This document shows positions 38,871-47,688 of a DNA stretch of 54,930 nucleotides, piece after piece (the stretch's first letter is position 1; each line of letters begins with the position of its first letter). The stretch spans positions 38,238 through 93,167 of the forward strand of contig CAYMYA010000002.1 of NCBI GenBank assembly GCA_964394565.1. Reading direction: 5' to 3'. This DNA is from an uncultured Gammaproteobacteria bacterium. Lineage in GTDB: Bacteria; Patescibacteriota; Patescibacteriia; UBA9934. The notes under the pieces were generated by a model. It was given only the letters and a program-made list of their open reading frames with translations. It was not told where the DNA came from and made no database searches. Made by a program: the position numbers and the translations under genes.

Positions 38871-39049
38871 GAAAAGACAAAACATGTGTATCACACAATA
38901 CTTCAGCACTCAAGGGGTCCGAGCTGAAGCGCTGATCGATATGTCGATCCACAATATTTTTTAAAAAAGGCAGACAGCCTATCGAGAACATTGCACGTCA
39001 AAAAAAGACACAGAGTCCATCGTGCCTACGCGAAATAAAACATCGTTCA

Positions 39050-39144
39050 TCAGACTTGTTCAACAGTGCGTACGGCAGTGATACATTGCTCGCCGCGATC
39101 AATAAAGTCATGAATTTGACCAAAGCTTGGGGACGCTGGGGATA
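39050..39144 (-). pseudogene. Displaced, diverged copy of the murD 3' end (31 codons plus stop).
   Basis: Reads SPASPSFGQIHDFIDRGEQCITAVRTVEQV*, against ..SPASPSFGQFHDFVERGEQFIAAVHTVE.. in the intact gene. The last 29 nt (39116-39144) are identical to 39312-39340. Confidence 0.65.
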
Positions 39145-39149
39145 GGCGT

Positions 39150-39232
39150 AAACTTTCAAACTCAGTTTGCTCGAAGCTTAGTTTCAAACAAACTTAGTTT
39201 CGACGAAGCTTAGTTTGGCGTAAACTTAGCTT
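39150..39232. repeat. Tandem array of five 11-nt motifs at exactly 16-nt period, plus one truncated unit.
   Basis: AAACTCAGTTT (39158), AAGCTTAGTTT (39174), AAACTTAGTTT (39190), AAGCTTAGTTT (39206) and AAACTTAGCTT (39222). Each is separated by a different 5-nt spacer. The murD stop codon (39210-39212) lies inside unit 4. Confidence 0.75.
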
Positions 39233-40574
39233 TACCTTGCTCTGCATTGCTTGATTCAACAGTATGGACAGCGGCGATAAATTGCTCGCCGCGCTCGACG
39301 AAATCGTGGAATTGACCAAAGCTTGGGGACGCTGGGGATAACAGGCAAACGGATCCCGGCGCGCAGCGCGAGAGCACATCCGGAATGATTTCTGGGAATG
39401 TGTGGAGCATGACCGGCTCGCCGCCAACGGCTCGAATTGCCCGCTCGAGCCGTGTGGCATTTTGCAGCAAATAGATACGCACGCCGAGCGCAACCACGCG
39501 CTGCGCGAGCGCCGTAAAATCGTACCCGCGATCATGGCCGCCGAGAATAATGGCGCCGAGGCGATCTTGAAACACATCAATCGCGGCAATCGCAGCGGCC
39601 GGTGTGGTGCAAAAAGAATCGTTCACAAACTGAATCCCCCCCACGACGCCAACATCCTGAAGCCGATGTGGCAGCGCGACAAACGTCCGAAATGTATCCT
39701 CCACAATCCTTCTTTCGATCTCCAGAATATCAGTCACCGCCAAAACGCCAGCAGCGTTTTCACGATTATGTTGACCAAGCAGGTTCAACGTATCCAATGA
39801 TCGATCATCACGACTTGCAAACGGAATCGTTTTCGACTTCACACGCTTCGCGAGGTCGACGAGCTGAGGAAAAGCATCGTTATACACAAAAAAATCATCC
39901 GCAGTTTGTCGTTCAGCGATCCGCATTTTTGCAGCATGATACTGTGCAACGTCCCCATGGTAGTCCATGTGTTCCTCGTAGAGATTCAATATCACGGCGA
40001 TATGCGGCGCAACGACCAAATCTGCAAGCTGGTAGCTCGACATCTCAAGGACAAAATATGTTTCCGTTGCGTCGTCAACGTGTGTAATAGCAGGCACGCC
40101 AATATTCCCCGCCAGCACCACAGGCTTCCCTGCATTGCGCAACACCTGCGACAGTAATGCAGACGTCGTGCTCTTGCCCTTCGTTCCCGTCACGCCGATC
40201 ACAAAACCACACTCCCCTGCGCCATGATGTGTACGAGTTTTTGCGATACGTTCTGCCATGAAAATATTTGTACTCGACGTAAACTGCGCCCCGGCCGTCT
40301 GCATTTCTTCCACATAACTTCTGTGCCAAGGAATGCCCGGGGATTTGATGACGATCGTTTCCGAAGTAACCGCGGCGATTGCGTCTGCGAGTGCGTGATA
40401 TTCAGGCACGTCGATGCGTTGCTCATCCGTAACGATGATGCGAGGCATGAGAGCCCCGCCTATTGTTTTGCGCGCCCTCAATACCTCGTACATCGCCTTC
40501 CCTTCACGCCCAAAACCCAGAAGAATGACGAGCTTGCCGTTGAGATCATCGAGACGCATAGACGAGATCAGCAT
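39210..40574 (-). CDS. murD: UDP-N-acetylmuramoyl-L-alanine--glutamate ligase (MurD family; possibly the L-Glu-adding MurD2 type).
   Basis: ..VIGVTGTKGKSTTSALL.., ..LEMSSYQL.., ..LSPASPSFGQF... The last ~25 codons are encoded by the inserted segment. A shorter alternative start exists at M6. Confidence 0.88.
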   Translation of the reverse strand: MLISSMRLDDLNGKLVILLGFGREGKAMYEVLRARKTIGGALMPRIIVTDEQRIDVPEYHALADAIAAVTSETIVIKSPGIPWHRSYVEEMQTAGAQFTSSTNIFMAERIAKTRTHHGAGECGFVIGVTGTKGKSTTSALLSQVLRNAGKPVVLAGNIGVPAITHVDDATETYFVLEMSSYQLADLVVAPHIAVILNLYEEHMDYHGDVAQYHAAKMRIAERQTADDFFVYNDAFPQLVDLAKRVKSKTIPFASRDDRSLDTLNLLGQHNRENAAGVLAVTDILEIERRIVEDTFRTFVALPHRLQDVGVVGGIQFVNDSFCTTPAAAIAAIDVFQDRLGAIILGGHDRGYDFTALAQRVVALGVRIYLLQNATRLERAIRAVGGEPVMLHTFPEIIPDVLSRCAPGSVCLLSPASPSFGQFHDFVERGEQFIAAVHTVESSNAEQGKAKFTPN

Positions 40575-41931
40575 ACTCCTTTGGCATCGCGTGGTCTGGC
40601 GACAGCGTCAGCGCGCGATCGATGAGTGCGTCGATGTCACTACGCTGCGACGAAACTTCTGTGGTAAACCACTGCAAAATTGGGGAATCGTCATATTCTC
40701 CGCGTCCTTCAATCAGCGCAAGCGCCGCAATGACTTCCGTAAACTCCCCCACACATTCAAACGGTTTCATCGTGCCATACCCACTGAGATCTTTATACAT
40801 TGGCAGTATATTCGCATTCATGAGCACGTCTTCGCCGAACATCTCCACTATCTTCCTTCGCGGTATGAACGCTGCAAGCATTGCAAACACGAATGCGCAT
40901 TTTGGGCATTTGCCGCACCATCGCGTCACCGCCGGCACACCGCCTTGTTTAAAATTTTTATTGCAACTCGAAAACACACTAAAATATTTCCCGTTTGCCG
41001 CAAATCGGCGCGAAATATCCAGCTCAGACATCGGCCGAAGCAGGCTAAACATACGCACATCAGGCGTCACAAACGACGAAAGATACGCCTGAATATCGCG
41101 CTCCGCTTCAACACTCTTGCTGTACTGATGATTAATCACCACACCTTCAAATTCTGCGTTACCCGTGTTTGCCGAGCGTTCATTCGCAAACACCACGTCG
41201 TGCTTGCTGTGCAGAAGCGCTACAATCATCGACGCAATCCCAACGTACGCCGTGATGGGTACATGACCATTCCACGCACCAGCAGCATTCAGCGCCATGA
41301 GTTTTGGATCGATGGTGCGTTGAATCTGCAAAAGCGGCTTCCCTACTTCTGCAGCAACTTCCCGAATACGCGCATGATTCCCAAACATCACCAGATCGAA
41401 ATCGATCCCCGCCACACGCAACATCTCAATCGCAACAAGCGAATCCTTCCCGCCACCAATGGGGACGAGGGCGCCGTTTCCTCGCGGCACCCCCACCGAC
41501 GCACCTTCCTCGCCCAACTCATGCTCGTGAGGCACCTTGGCAGGAGGAGAGCTCTCGTCAGCACTCGGAAATTTCACATACCCTCGAAAATCTAACCCGT
41601 TCCGATAAAAGAATTCACCGAGGCCAAACGTGTAGAGCCTTTCCCAAAATGCCGCCTGCTCGATCGTGAGTGTTCCAGACTCAACCACAATACTCGGTGG
41701 TAATTTCGCTTTGTAATAACTCACGCCTGCAACAAGGTGCAGCGCAAACAACGCGCGCTCAAGCGCACCGTCAATCCCCTCCGGAATTCCCGTCGATGGG
41801 ATTGGAAACACGAGTCGTTCCACAAACTCCTCACGATCAATCGCGTACGTCAACAACACTTCCCCACTTGTACGGTCGAAAGAATATGATCGAAAGATAA
41901 ATCGTTGTGCATTGGTGACAATGGGATTCAT
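40546..41931 (-). CDS. PP-loop ATPase-like protein, candidate UDP-MurNAc-L-Ala-L-Glu epimerase (MurL-like).
   Basis: LVPIGGGKDSLVAIEML (SGGxDS-type PP-loop), C-terminal ..RWCGKCPKCAFVF... It overlaps the murD start by 29 nt. The MurL assignment rests on domain type plus the murD-adjacent arrangement. Confidence 0.5.
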   Translation of the reverse strand: MNPIVTNAQRFIFRSYSFDRTSGEVLLTYAIDREEFVERLVFPIPSTGIPEGIDGALERALFALHLVAGVSYYKAKLPPSIVVESGTLTIEQAAFWERLYTFGLGEFFYRNGLDFRGYVKFPSADESSPPAKVPHEHELGEEGASVGVPRGNGALVPIGGGKDSLVAIEMLRVAGIDFDLVMFGNHARIREVAAEVGKPLLQIQRTIDPKLMALNAAGAWNGHVPITAYVGIASMIVALLHSKHDVVFANERSANTGNAEFEGVVINHQYSKSVEAERDIQAYLSSFVTPDVRMFSLLRPMSELDISRRFAANGKYFSVFSSCNKNFKQGGVPAVTRWCGKCPKCAFVFAMLAAFIPRRKIVEMFGEDVLMNANILPMYKDLSGYGTMKPFECVGEFTEVIAALALIEGRGEYDDSPILQWFTTEVSSQRSDIDALIDRALTLSPDHAMPKEYADLVYASR

Positions 41932-41933
41932 AA

Positions 41934-42707
41934 TTATGCGCCGAGTTCATCAAGCCAAGTTTTCAGCACAACTTTTGTTTCGCTCGGATTTTTTACCGAA
42001 ACAGTTTCGATCCCCGTCCGAATCACCGGGTGATCATTGCCTCCTTCATACAGCGCATCGCCAACAAACACCATTTCCGAAACCGGAATGCCAAGAAACT
42101 CTTCTATTTTCCCAATGCCATACCCCTTATCGATTCCTTTCCGAGTGACGTCAATTGATGTTACGCCCGGCACCTTCACTTCGAAATCCGGCAAATATTT
42201 GCGTACCGCATCCGCAAGCGCAAGTCGACGATCGTCATGCGCCGCTTTAAACGCCATCTTGACATCAAGCGGAGCATCTTGACCGCACGCAGAAAATGTC
42301 ACCTGCGTTCCACGATCCTCGATAATTTCACCGTACACCTTCTCCGGATGCTGGTATCCGATATCTTTGTACGCTTGTTCAAATGCATTCATGATCTTTT
42401 GGCGCTCCGTCGCATCCATTTCATCAGCATACACTTGTTCCCAAACATCGAGAAATCGATAAAATCGCGTACCGGTCGTTGGGAAAAAGAACAACCGACG
42501 GCGTTGTTCAAGGGTGCAGCGCAACGCCTGTAACTGTGCGGCAAATCGTTCAAAGCCCCCACCAGTAATGACTGCGATATTCATGCGGTCTAAGATGCGC
42601 GAAAAAAGCGCTGCCATCTCGTCATCCATTGGCGATTTGCTCTCCGTAATCGTGCCGTCAAGGTCAAAAACGATGATTTTCTTTCCAATGATCGATGGCG
42701 CGTTCAT
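41934..42707 (-). CDS. HAD-IIB family hydrolase (phosphomannomutase/Cof-like).
   Basis: KIIVFDLDGTITES (DxDGT), ..AVITGGG.., ..FVGDALYEGGNDH... Confidence 0.8.
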   Translation of the reverse strand: MNAPSIIGKKIIVFDLDGTITESKSPMDDEMAALFSRILDRMNIAVITGGGFERFAAQLQALRCTLEQRRRLFFFPTTGTRFYRFLDVWEQVYADEMDATERQKIMNAFEQAYKDIGYQHPEKVYGEIIEDRGTQVTFSACGQDAPLDVKMAFKAAHDDRRLALADAVRKYLPDFEVKVPGVTSIDVTRKGIDKGYGIGKIEEFLGIPVSEMVFVGDALYEGGNDHPVIRTGIETVSVKNPSETKVVLKTWLDELGA

Positions 42708-42802
42708 AAATTTGGCTTATCTTAGCAACGGAGGGTATTTTACCGCTTTACTGGTTCGTGTAAAATACATAGCATAGGGAAAAGTCCCATTAATCTCTTT
42801 CT

Positions 42803-43357
42803 ATGGATACAGCAATCTTCATTCTCGTCGGGGTTCTTGTACTCGGTGGACTCTGGCTCGTCGTGGTATTTAACAGGTTGGTAACCAGCAAAAACCGCGT
42901 GGAAGAAGCGTGGGCGGATATTGAGGTTCAGCTCAAGCGCCGATACGACCTCATTCCCAATCTCGTGAATACTGTTAAGGGATACGCCACACATGAAAGC
43001 TCGGTATTTGAGGACGTCACGAAAGCACGCTCTGCCGCAATGAATGCAGGTACACCAGCCGCACACGCAGCAGCGGAGAACATGCTCACCGGCACATTGA
43101 AATCACTCTTTGCCGTTGCGGAAAGCTATCCAGACTTGAAAGCATCCGAAAACTTTGGCCACTTGCAGCGCGAGCTCGTTGATGCCGAAGATAAAATTCA
43201 AGCAGCCCGCCGCTTCTACAACGGCAACTGCCGTGATTTCAACACGAAACTCCAAGTCTTCCCAACAAACATGGTCGGCTCCATGCTCGGCTTCAAGACA
43301 TACGATTTCTACGATGCACCAGAAGTGGCGAACGAAACACCCGTCGTCAATTTCTAA
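42803..43357 (+). CDS. lemA: LemA family protein.
   Basis: N-terminal TM, then NRLVTSKNRVEEAWADIEVQLKRRYDLIPNLV.. and ..RRFYNGNCRDFN... Confidence 0.9.
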   Translation: MDTAIFILVGVLVLGGLWLVVVFNRLVTSKNRVEEAWADIEVQLKRRYDLIPNLVNTVKGYATHESSVFEDVTKARSAAMNAGTPAAHAAAENMLTGTLKSLFAVAESYPDLKASENFGHLQRELVDAEDKIQAARRFYNGNCRDFNTKLQVFPTNMVGSMLGFKTYDFYDAPEVANETPVVNF

Positions 43358-43366
43358 TCCACTCCC

Positions 43367-44251
43367 ATGTATACCGACATTGCAAGAAACAAACAACGCA
43401 CCTGGATCCTGATCATTGCCATGAGCGTGTTTATTGTTGGACTCTTCGGTATCATCGGCGCGGCAGGCGGTGGAGATCCTGCACCGAGCATTATGCTCGG
43501 CACCATGTTCGCGACAATATATTGTCTCATCAGCTACTATGCTTCCTCGCGCGTTGCGCTTGGTGTATCGGGCGCAAAACTCATTGAAAAATCTCAAGCC
43601 CCAGATCTCTTCAACCTCGTTGAAAACCTTTGCATCGCGAACGGCCAAACCATGCCAAAGGTGTACATTATCGACGATGCCAGCCCTAACGCATTTGCGA
43701 CGGGACGCGATCCTGAACATGCATCCATTGCGTTCACCACAGGCATCCTCAAGCTCCTGACCCGCGAAGAATTAGAGGGCGTTGTTGCACACGAACTCTC
43801 ACACATCAAAAATTACGACATTCGCGTGATGACGATTGTGGTAGTACTCGTCGGGCTCATTTCTCTCATCGCCGACATTCTTATTCACCTTCGCATTCGC
43901 GGAAATGACAAAAACAACGCCGGACTTATTCTTATGCTTGTTGGCATCGTACTGGCAATTCTGTCGCCAATTTTTGCGAAAGTGATTCAACTCGCCATTT
44001 CGCGCAGTCGGGAATACCTTGCCGATGCATCAGGTGCCCTTCTCACCCGCTATCCGGAAGGCCTTGCGCGCGCACTTGAAAAAATCGACGCGACAGCTAC
44101 GCCACTCCAACACGCAAACCACGCCACTGCACACCTCTATATCAGCAATCCGTTTGGCGGTGAAACGGCTCGTTCGTTTTACGCACACCTCTTCTCTACA
44201 CACCCCCCTGTCGCCGAGCGCGTCAGTCGGCTTCGCGGTATGGGTCGATAA
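43367..44251 (+). CDS. htpX: M48 zinc metalloprotease HtpX.
   Basis: ..GVVAHELSHIKNYD.. (HExxH), four TM segments, ..REYLADASGA... Lies directly after lemA. Confidence 0.9.
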   Translation: MYTDIARNKQRTWILIIAMSVFIVGLFGIIGAAGGGDPAPSIMLGTMFATIYCLISYYASSRVALGVSGAKLIEKSQAPDLFNLVENLCIANGQTMPKVYIIDDASPNAFATGRDPEHASIAFTTGILKLLTREELEGVVAHELSHIKNYDIRVMTIVVVLVGLISLIADILIHLRIRGNDKNNAGLILMLVGIVLAILSPIFAKVIQLAISRSREYLADASGALLTRYPEGLARALEKIDATATPLQHANHATAHLYISNPFGGETARSFYAHLFSTHPPVAERVSRLRGMGR

Positions 44252-44260
44252 CCCACACGT

Positions 44261-46756
44261 ATGAACGAACTTCTGGAAACCTTTACCAACCACTTAAAAG
44301 CCGTTTTAACGCGGGCACTGTGTTTAGCAGTGGAAGAAGGTGGTGACACGATCGCGCCAATGCATCTGCTTTGGGCGTTGGGAACAGAAGCGGGATGTTT
44401 GGGCGCAGAAATTCTCATGAAGGCCGGTGCAACACCTGAAGGGTTCCAACGACTCGCTACACTCACAGAAACCGGTTTACCAGACGACGCAATGATGCGC
44501 GCAAGTTCCATCACGCCTCAACTGTCGGACGCGTCAAAAACCATTATCGAAAAAGCAATTCACGTCGCAGGTCTTCATGGACATAAATATGTTGGCACCG
44601 AACACTTACTCCACGGCCTCATTGAGGCGAAAACGTCAGAAGTCGCAACATTCCTGAACACAGAGGGTGTCAATGAGAGCGCGATTCGCGATAATCTTTC
44701 AGCCATCTTCAAAACCACGGCACATTTTCCTGAGTCGGTAAAAATGGTCGGGCAACCCAAACCTACGGAAGACCAGCAAAAACCCTGCGAAGACTGTGGA
44801 GAAGTGCACGAAGAAGACGGGGACGACAAAACATCTGCGCTAGACTATTTTACAACGGAACTCACTGCAAAAGATGTTGCCGATGCGATTGATCCTGTAA
44901 TCGGGAGGGACGATGACATTGATCGCGTCGTAGCAATTCTTGCACGTCGCACAAAAAACAATCCACTTCTTGTGGGCGATCCTGGCGTAGGAAAAACCGC
45001 CATTGCAGAAGGACTTGCGAAACGCATTCTTGCCGGAAATGTGCCAGACGCCATTGCACGTCTGCATGTGCACCGGCTGAATATGGCGTCTATGGTTGCG
45101 GGAACGATGTACCGGGGCGATTTTGAAGCGCGCATTACGCAACTCCTAGAAGAGCTCAATGAACGCAAAGATATCGTGTTGTTCATTGACGAGATCCACA
45201 CGATTGTTGGAGCAGGTGCCGCGAGTGGATCGCTGGATACTGCGAACATGCTCAAGCCAGCACTAGCGCGTGGTGAGCTGCGCTGCATTGGCGCAACCAC
45301 ACACCAAGAATACAAAAAACACATTGCGCCGGATGCTGCACTGGAACGCCGCTTCGCCACGGTCACGGTGAAAGAGCCGAGCGCAGAAGATACGCGCACC
45401 GTACTGAACGGTATTGCACGGCGCTACGAGGTTCACCACGGCGTCACATATAGCAATAGCGTATTAGATACTATTGTTCGCCTTGCAGAACGCTACATGC
45501 CGAACAAACAATTTCCGGACAAAGCTATTGATCTGTTGGACGAAGTTGGTGCGTATGCAAATGTCCAACGCAAACCACTCGACAAAAGCGCAAGTGCATT
45601 GCGCGTATGTCAGGATGAACTGACGGAAGTTCACAAGGCAAAACATCACGCCATCGTCAAGGAACAATTCCCTCTTGCAACAGAACTTAAAGCACGCGAA
45701 GCGGCGCTACAGAAACAGATTCAAACGCTCAGCAACCGCCCAATGGTCAAATCTACGATCACCATCACGGATGCGATGGTGCGAGCCGTAGCATCCAAAA
45801 TGACCGGCATTCCGCTCGCGAAGCTCTCGGCAGACGATCACACCGCACTCCGCACACTCGCCGATCGACTCAAAACACACGTTATCGCGCAAGATGCCGC
45901 CGTCGAGCACGTCGCAAGCGCCATGCGCCGCGCAAAACTTGGATTTGCTCCCCCATCGCGTCCGCTCGCGTCATTTCTGTTTGCTGGACCTTCAGGTGTT
46001 GGCAAAACTGCACTCGCAAAAGCATTGGCAGTAGAAATGTTCGGCGATACCAAGGCTCTCGTCCGTTTTGACATGAGTGAATTTGCGGAAGGGTTTAGCA
46101 CAAGCAAGCTGATTGGCGCGCCGGCGGGATACGTTGGGTACAGGGAAAGCGCGAAGCTCACCGATACACTAAAAGAACGACCCCATTGCGTCGTATTGTT
46201 CGATGAACTTGAAAAAGCGCATCGCGACGTGCAGTCCCTCTTGCTCCAAATCCTCGACGAAGGTGCGATCACTGATTCCACGGGCACACGGATAAACTTT
46301 CACAATGCCGTCGTGATCATGACGACGAATGTGGGGCGCGATCGGTTCACCAAAGCATCGCTCGGGTTTACTGCGCGCGAAAACAAGGATCCGAAATTCT
46401 CTGAAGAATTCCGTACACTCCTTGAGGAACACTTCCGACCAGAACTCATCAACAGGATTGGCCACACGTGCCTATTTGCGCCACTCGCACACAAAGATAT
46501 CGTCGCTATTACAAACATGGGCATCGCGAACTTACTTTTACGCCTGAAGCACGCAAAGCTTTCCGTTTCGCTTCCGAAGAAACTCGCAGAAACGCTCGCA
46601 AAAGAGGTGAAGCCTTCCCATGGCGCCCGAGATGTTCAGCGAGTCATTGAAGAAAAATTGGAGCACGAAATTGCCAACGCTGTCCTGAAAACGAAAAAGC
46701 CGAAATCGACACTCAAAGTCTCACTGAATACTGACGGAACGCTCAAGGTGCAGTAA
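44261..46756 (+). CDS. clpC: Clp/Hsp100 AAA+ chaperone with two ATPase domains (ClpC-like).
   Basis: Clp_N repeats are present. Walker A motifs GDPGVGKTAI and GPSGVGKTALAKAL are both present. The short middle region suggests ClpC-type rather than ClpB. Confidence 0.88.
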   Translation: MNELLETFTNHLKAVLTRALCLAVEEGGDTIAPMHLLWALGTEAGCLGAEILMKAGATPEGFQRLATLTETGLPDDAMMRASSITPQLSDASKTIIEKAIHVAGLHGHKYVGTEHLLHGLIEAKTSEVATFLNTEGVNESAIRDNLSAIFKTTAHFPESVKMVGQPKPTEDQQKPCEDCGEVHEEDGDDKTSALDYFTTELTAKDVADAIDPVIGRDDDIDRVVAILARRTKNNPLLVGDPGVGKTAIAEGLAKRILAGNVPDAIARLHVHRLNMASMVAGTMYRGDFEARITQLLEELNERKDIVLFIDEIHTIVGAGAASGSLDTANMLKPALARGELRCIGATTHQEYKKHIAPDAALERRFATVTVKEPSAEDTRTVLNGIARRYEVHHGVTYSNSVLDTIVRLAERYMPNKQFPDKAIDLLDEVGAYANVQRKPLDKSASALRVCQDELTEVHKAKHHAIVKEQFPLATELKAREAALQKQIQTLSNRPMVKSTITITDAMVRAVASKMTGIPLAKLSADDHTALRTLADRLKTHVIAQDAAVEHVASAMRRAKLGFAPPSRPLASFLFAGPSGVGKTALAKALAVEMFGDTKALVRFDMSEFAEGFSTSKLIGAPAGYVGYRESAKLTDTLKERPHCVVLFDELEKAHRDVQSLLLQILDEGAITDSTGTRINFHNAVVIMTTNVGRDRFTKASLGFTARENKDPKFSEEFRTLLEEHFRPELINRIGHTCLFAPLAHKDIVAITNMGIANLLLRLKHAKLSVSLPKKLAETLAKEVKPSHGARDVQRVIEEKLEHEIANAVLKTKKPKSTLKVSLNTDGTLKVQ

Positions 46757-46817
46757 CGCGCAAAAATCCCCCATTCCCAAGGTCGCAGTTCGCGCCTGCG
46801 TGTTATAATTCCCCCGT

Positions 46818-47684
46818 ATGGCAACGGGAGGAACCGCGCGAGTATCCACAAGGAGACAAGACCCTGGCGCAACGCTGCGCGAGGGACATATGTCGTCGCT
46901 GCGCGCACGTGCAGGACGTACCAGCCGCACAGCGCTCAGTGACCGCGATATCGGAGCGCGAGGCTCGAGGAATGAAGTACGCGATGCGGACGTCGCACCA
47001 AGACCAGACCGCATCGCAGAGTTGCGCGCTCGTCGTCATGCCGCACAACGACGGCTATCACCGAGCGCGAGTACACCGCAATTACAAATCATGGCTAACG
47101 ATCTCCGCAACGATAGTGACGAAGAAGATGCAATAGCTGCATCTGCATTGGAAGAATCCATGCATGACATAGAGGAAGAATCTGCTCAAGTAGAAGACCT
47201 TTCACAAATGTCCAGAACACAATCTGCACTCAAACGCCAACAAGAAGATGCAAAACGGAGCCTGATGAACAAGGGGAAAAAAGAACTGGAGCGCATGATA
47301 TCGAACCTCAAAACAGAAGGTTCGGCAAAAATGGCCTCTGCCGGGGACCAGGGCGAACTGTTAGAAGTCGCTGATACGCTTGGCACCGGTACCTCCGTTG
47401 CTCACCTCGGTATCAGTCTTTTCAAGGATTCTTTCGATGACCGCACAAAGAATATTCTTGCAAAAATGGGGTTCCCCATGCTTTCTATGAGTAACGCGCT
47501 CGACGTTACCATTGTGGCCGGAACTCAAATGCAAATCCTGAAATGGTCATTTATGGTGACGATCCTTATTCCATTTTGCATCATTTTCATTGTGATGAGT
47601 GCGATGACGGCGTGCCATGAAAATTTCGTGTGTAAAAATGGCGCAGGAATTCTTTCCTCTATTTCCTCTTTCCTTGGCTCATAA
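46818..47684 (+). CDS. Hypothetical protein with an Arg-rich GC-rich N-terminal region, an acidic middle and a C-terminal TM.
   Basis: TGTTATAAT (46801-46809) ends 8 nt before the ATG at 46818, the same -10-to-ATG spacing seen at other genes here. Alternative starts are 46890 (GAGGGA 3 nt upstream) and 47091 (MANDLRND..). The N-terminal 90 codons are much more GC-rich than the rest. Confidence 0.5.
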   Translation: MATGGTARVSTRRQDPGATLREGHMSSLRARAGRTSRTALSDRDIGARGSRNEVRDADVAPRPDRIAELRARRHAAQRRLSPSASTPQLQIMANDLRNDSDEEDAIAASALEESMHDIEEESAQVEDLSQMSRTQSALKRQQEDAKRSLMNKGKKELERMISNLKTEGSAKMASAGDQGELLEVADTLGTGTSVAHLGISLFKDSFDDRTKNILAKMGFPMLSMSNALDVTIVAGTQMQILKWSFMVTILIPFCIIFIVMSAMTACHENFVCKNGAGILSSISSFLGS

Positions 47685-47688
47685 TCCT

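Noticed and set aside
38409-38991. ORFs 38409..38738 (+) and 38596..38991 (-) in the rseP-murD spacer.
   Set aside because: They have Arg/Ser/Pro-rich low-complexity translations, no start context and no codon periodicity. The region is treated as non-coding.
40414-41595. 393-aa plus-strand ORF, and similar long antisense ORFs at 25357..26187, 10871..11479, 35269..35880 and 52850..53503.
   Set aside because: They lie antisense to well-supported genes (the MurL-like gene, thrS, nusG, pheT and recG) and have His/Arg/Lys-rich, stop-poor shadow translations.
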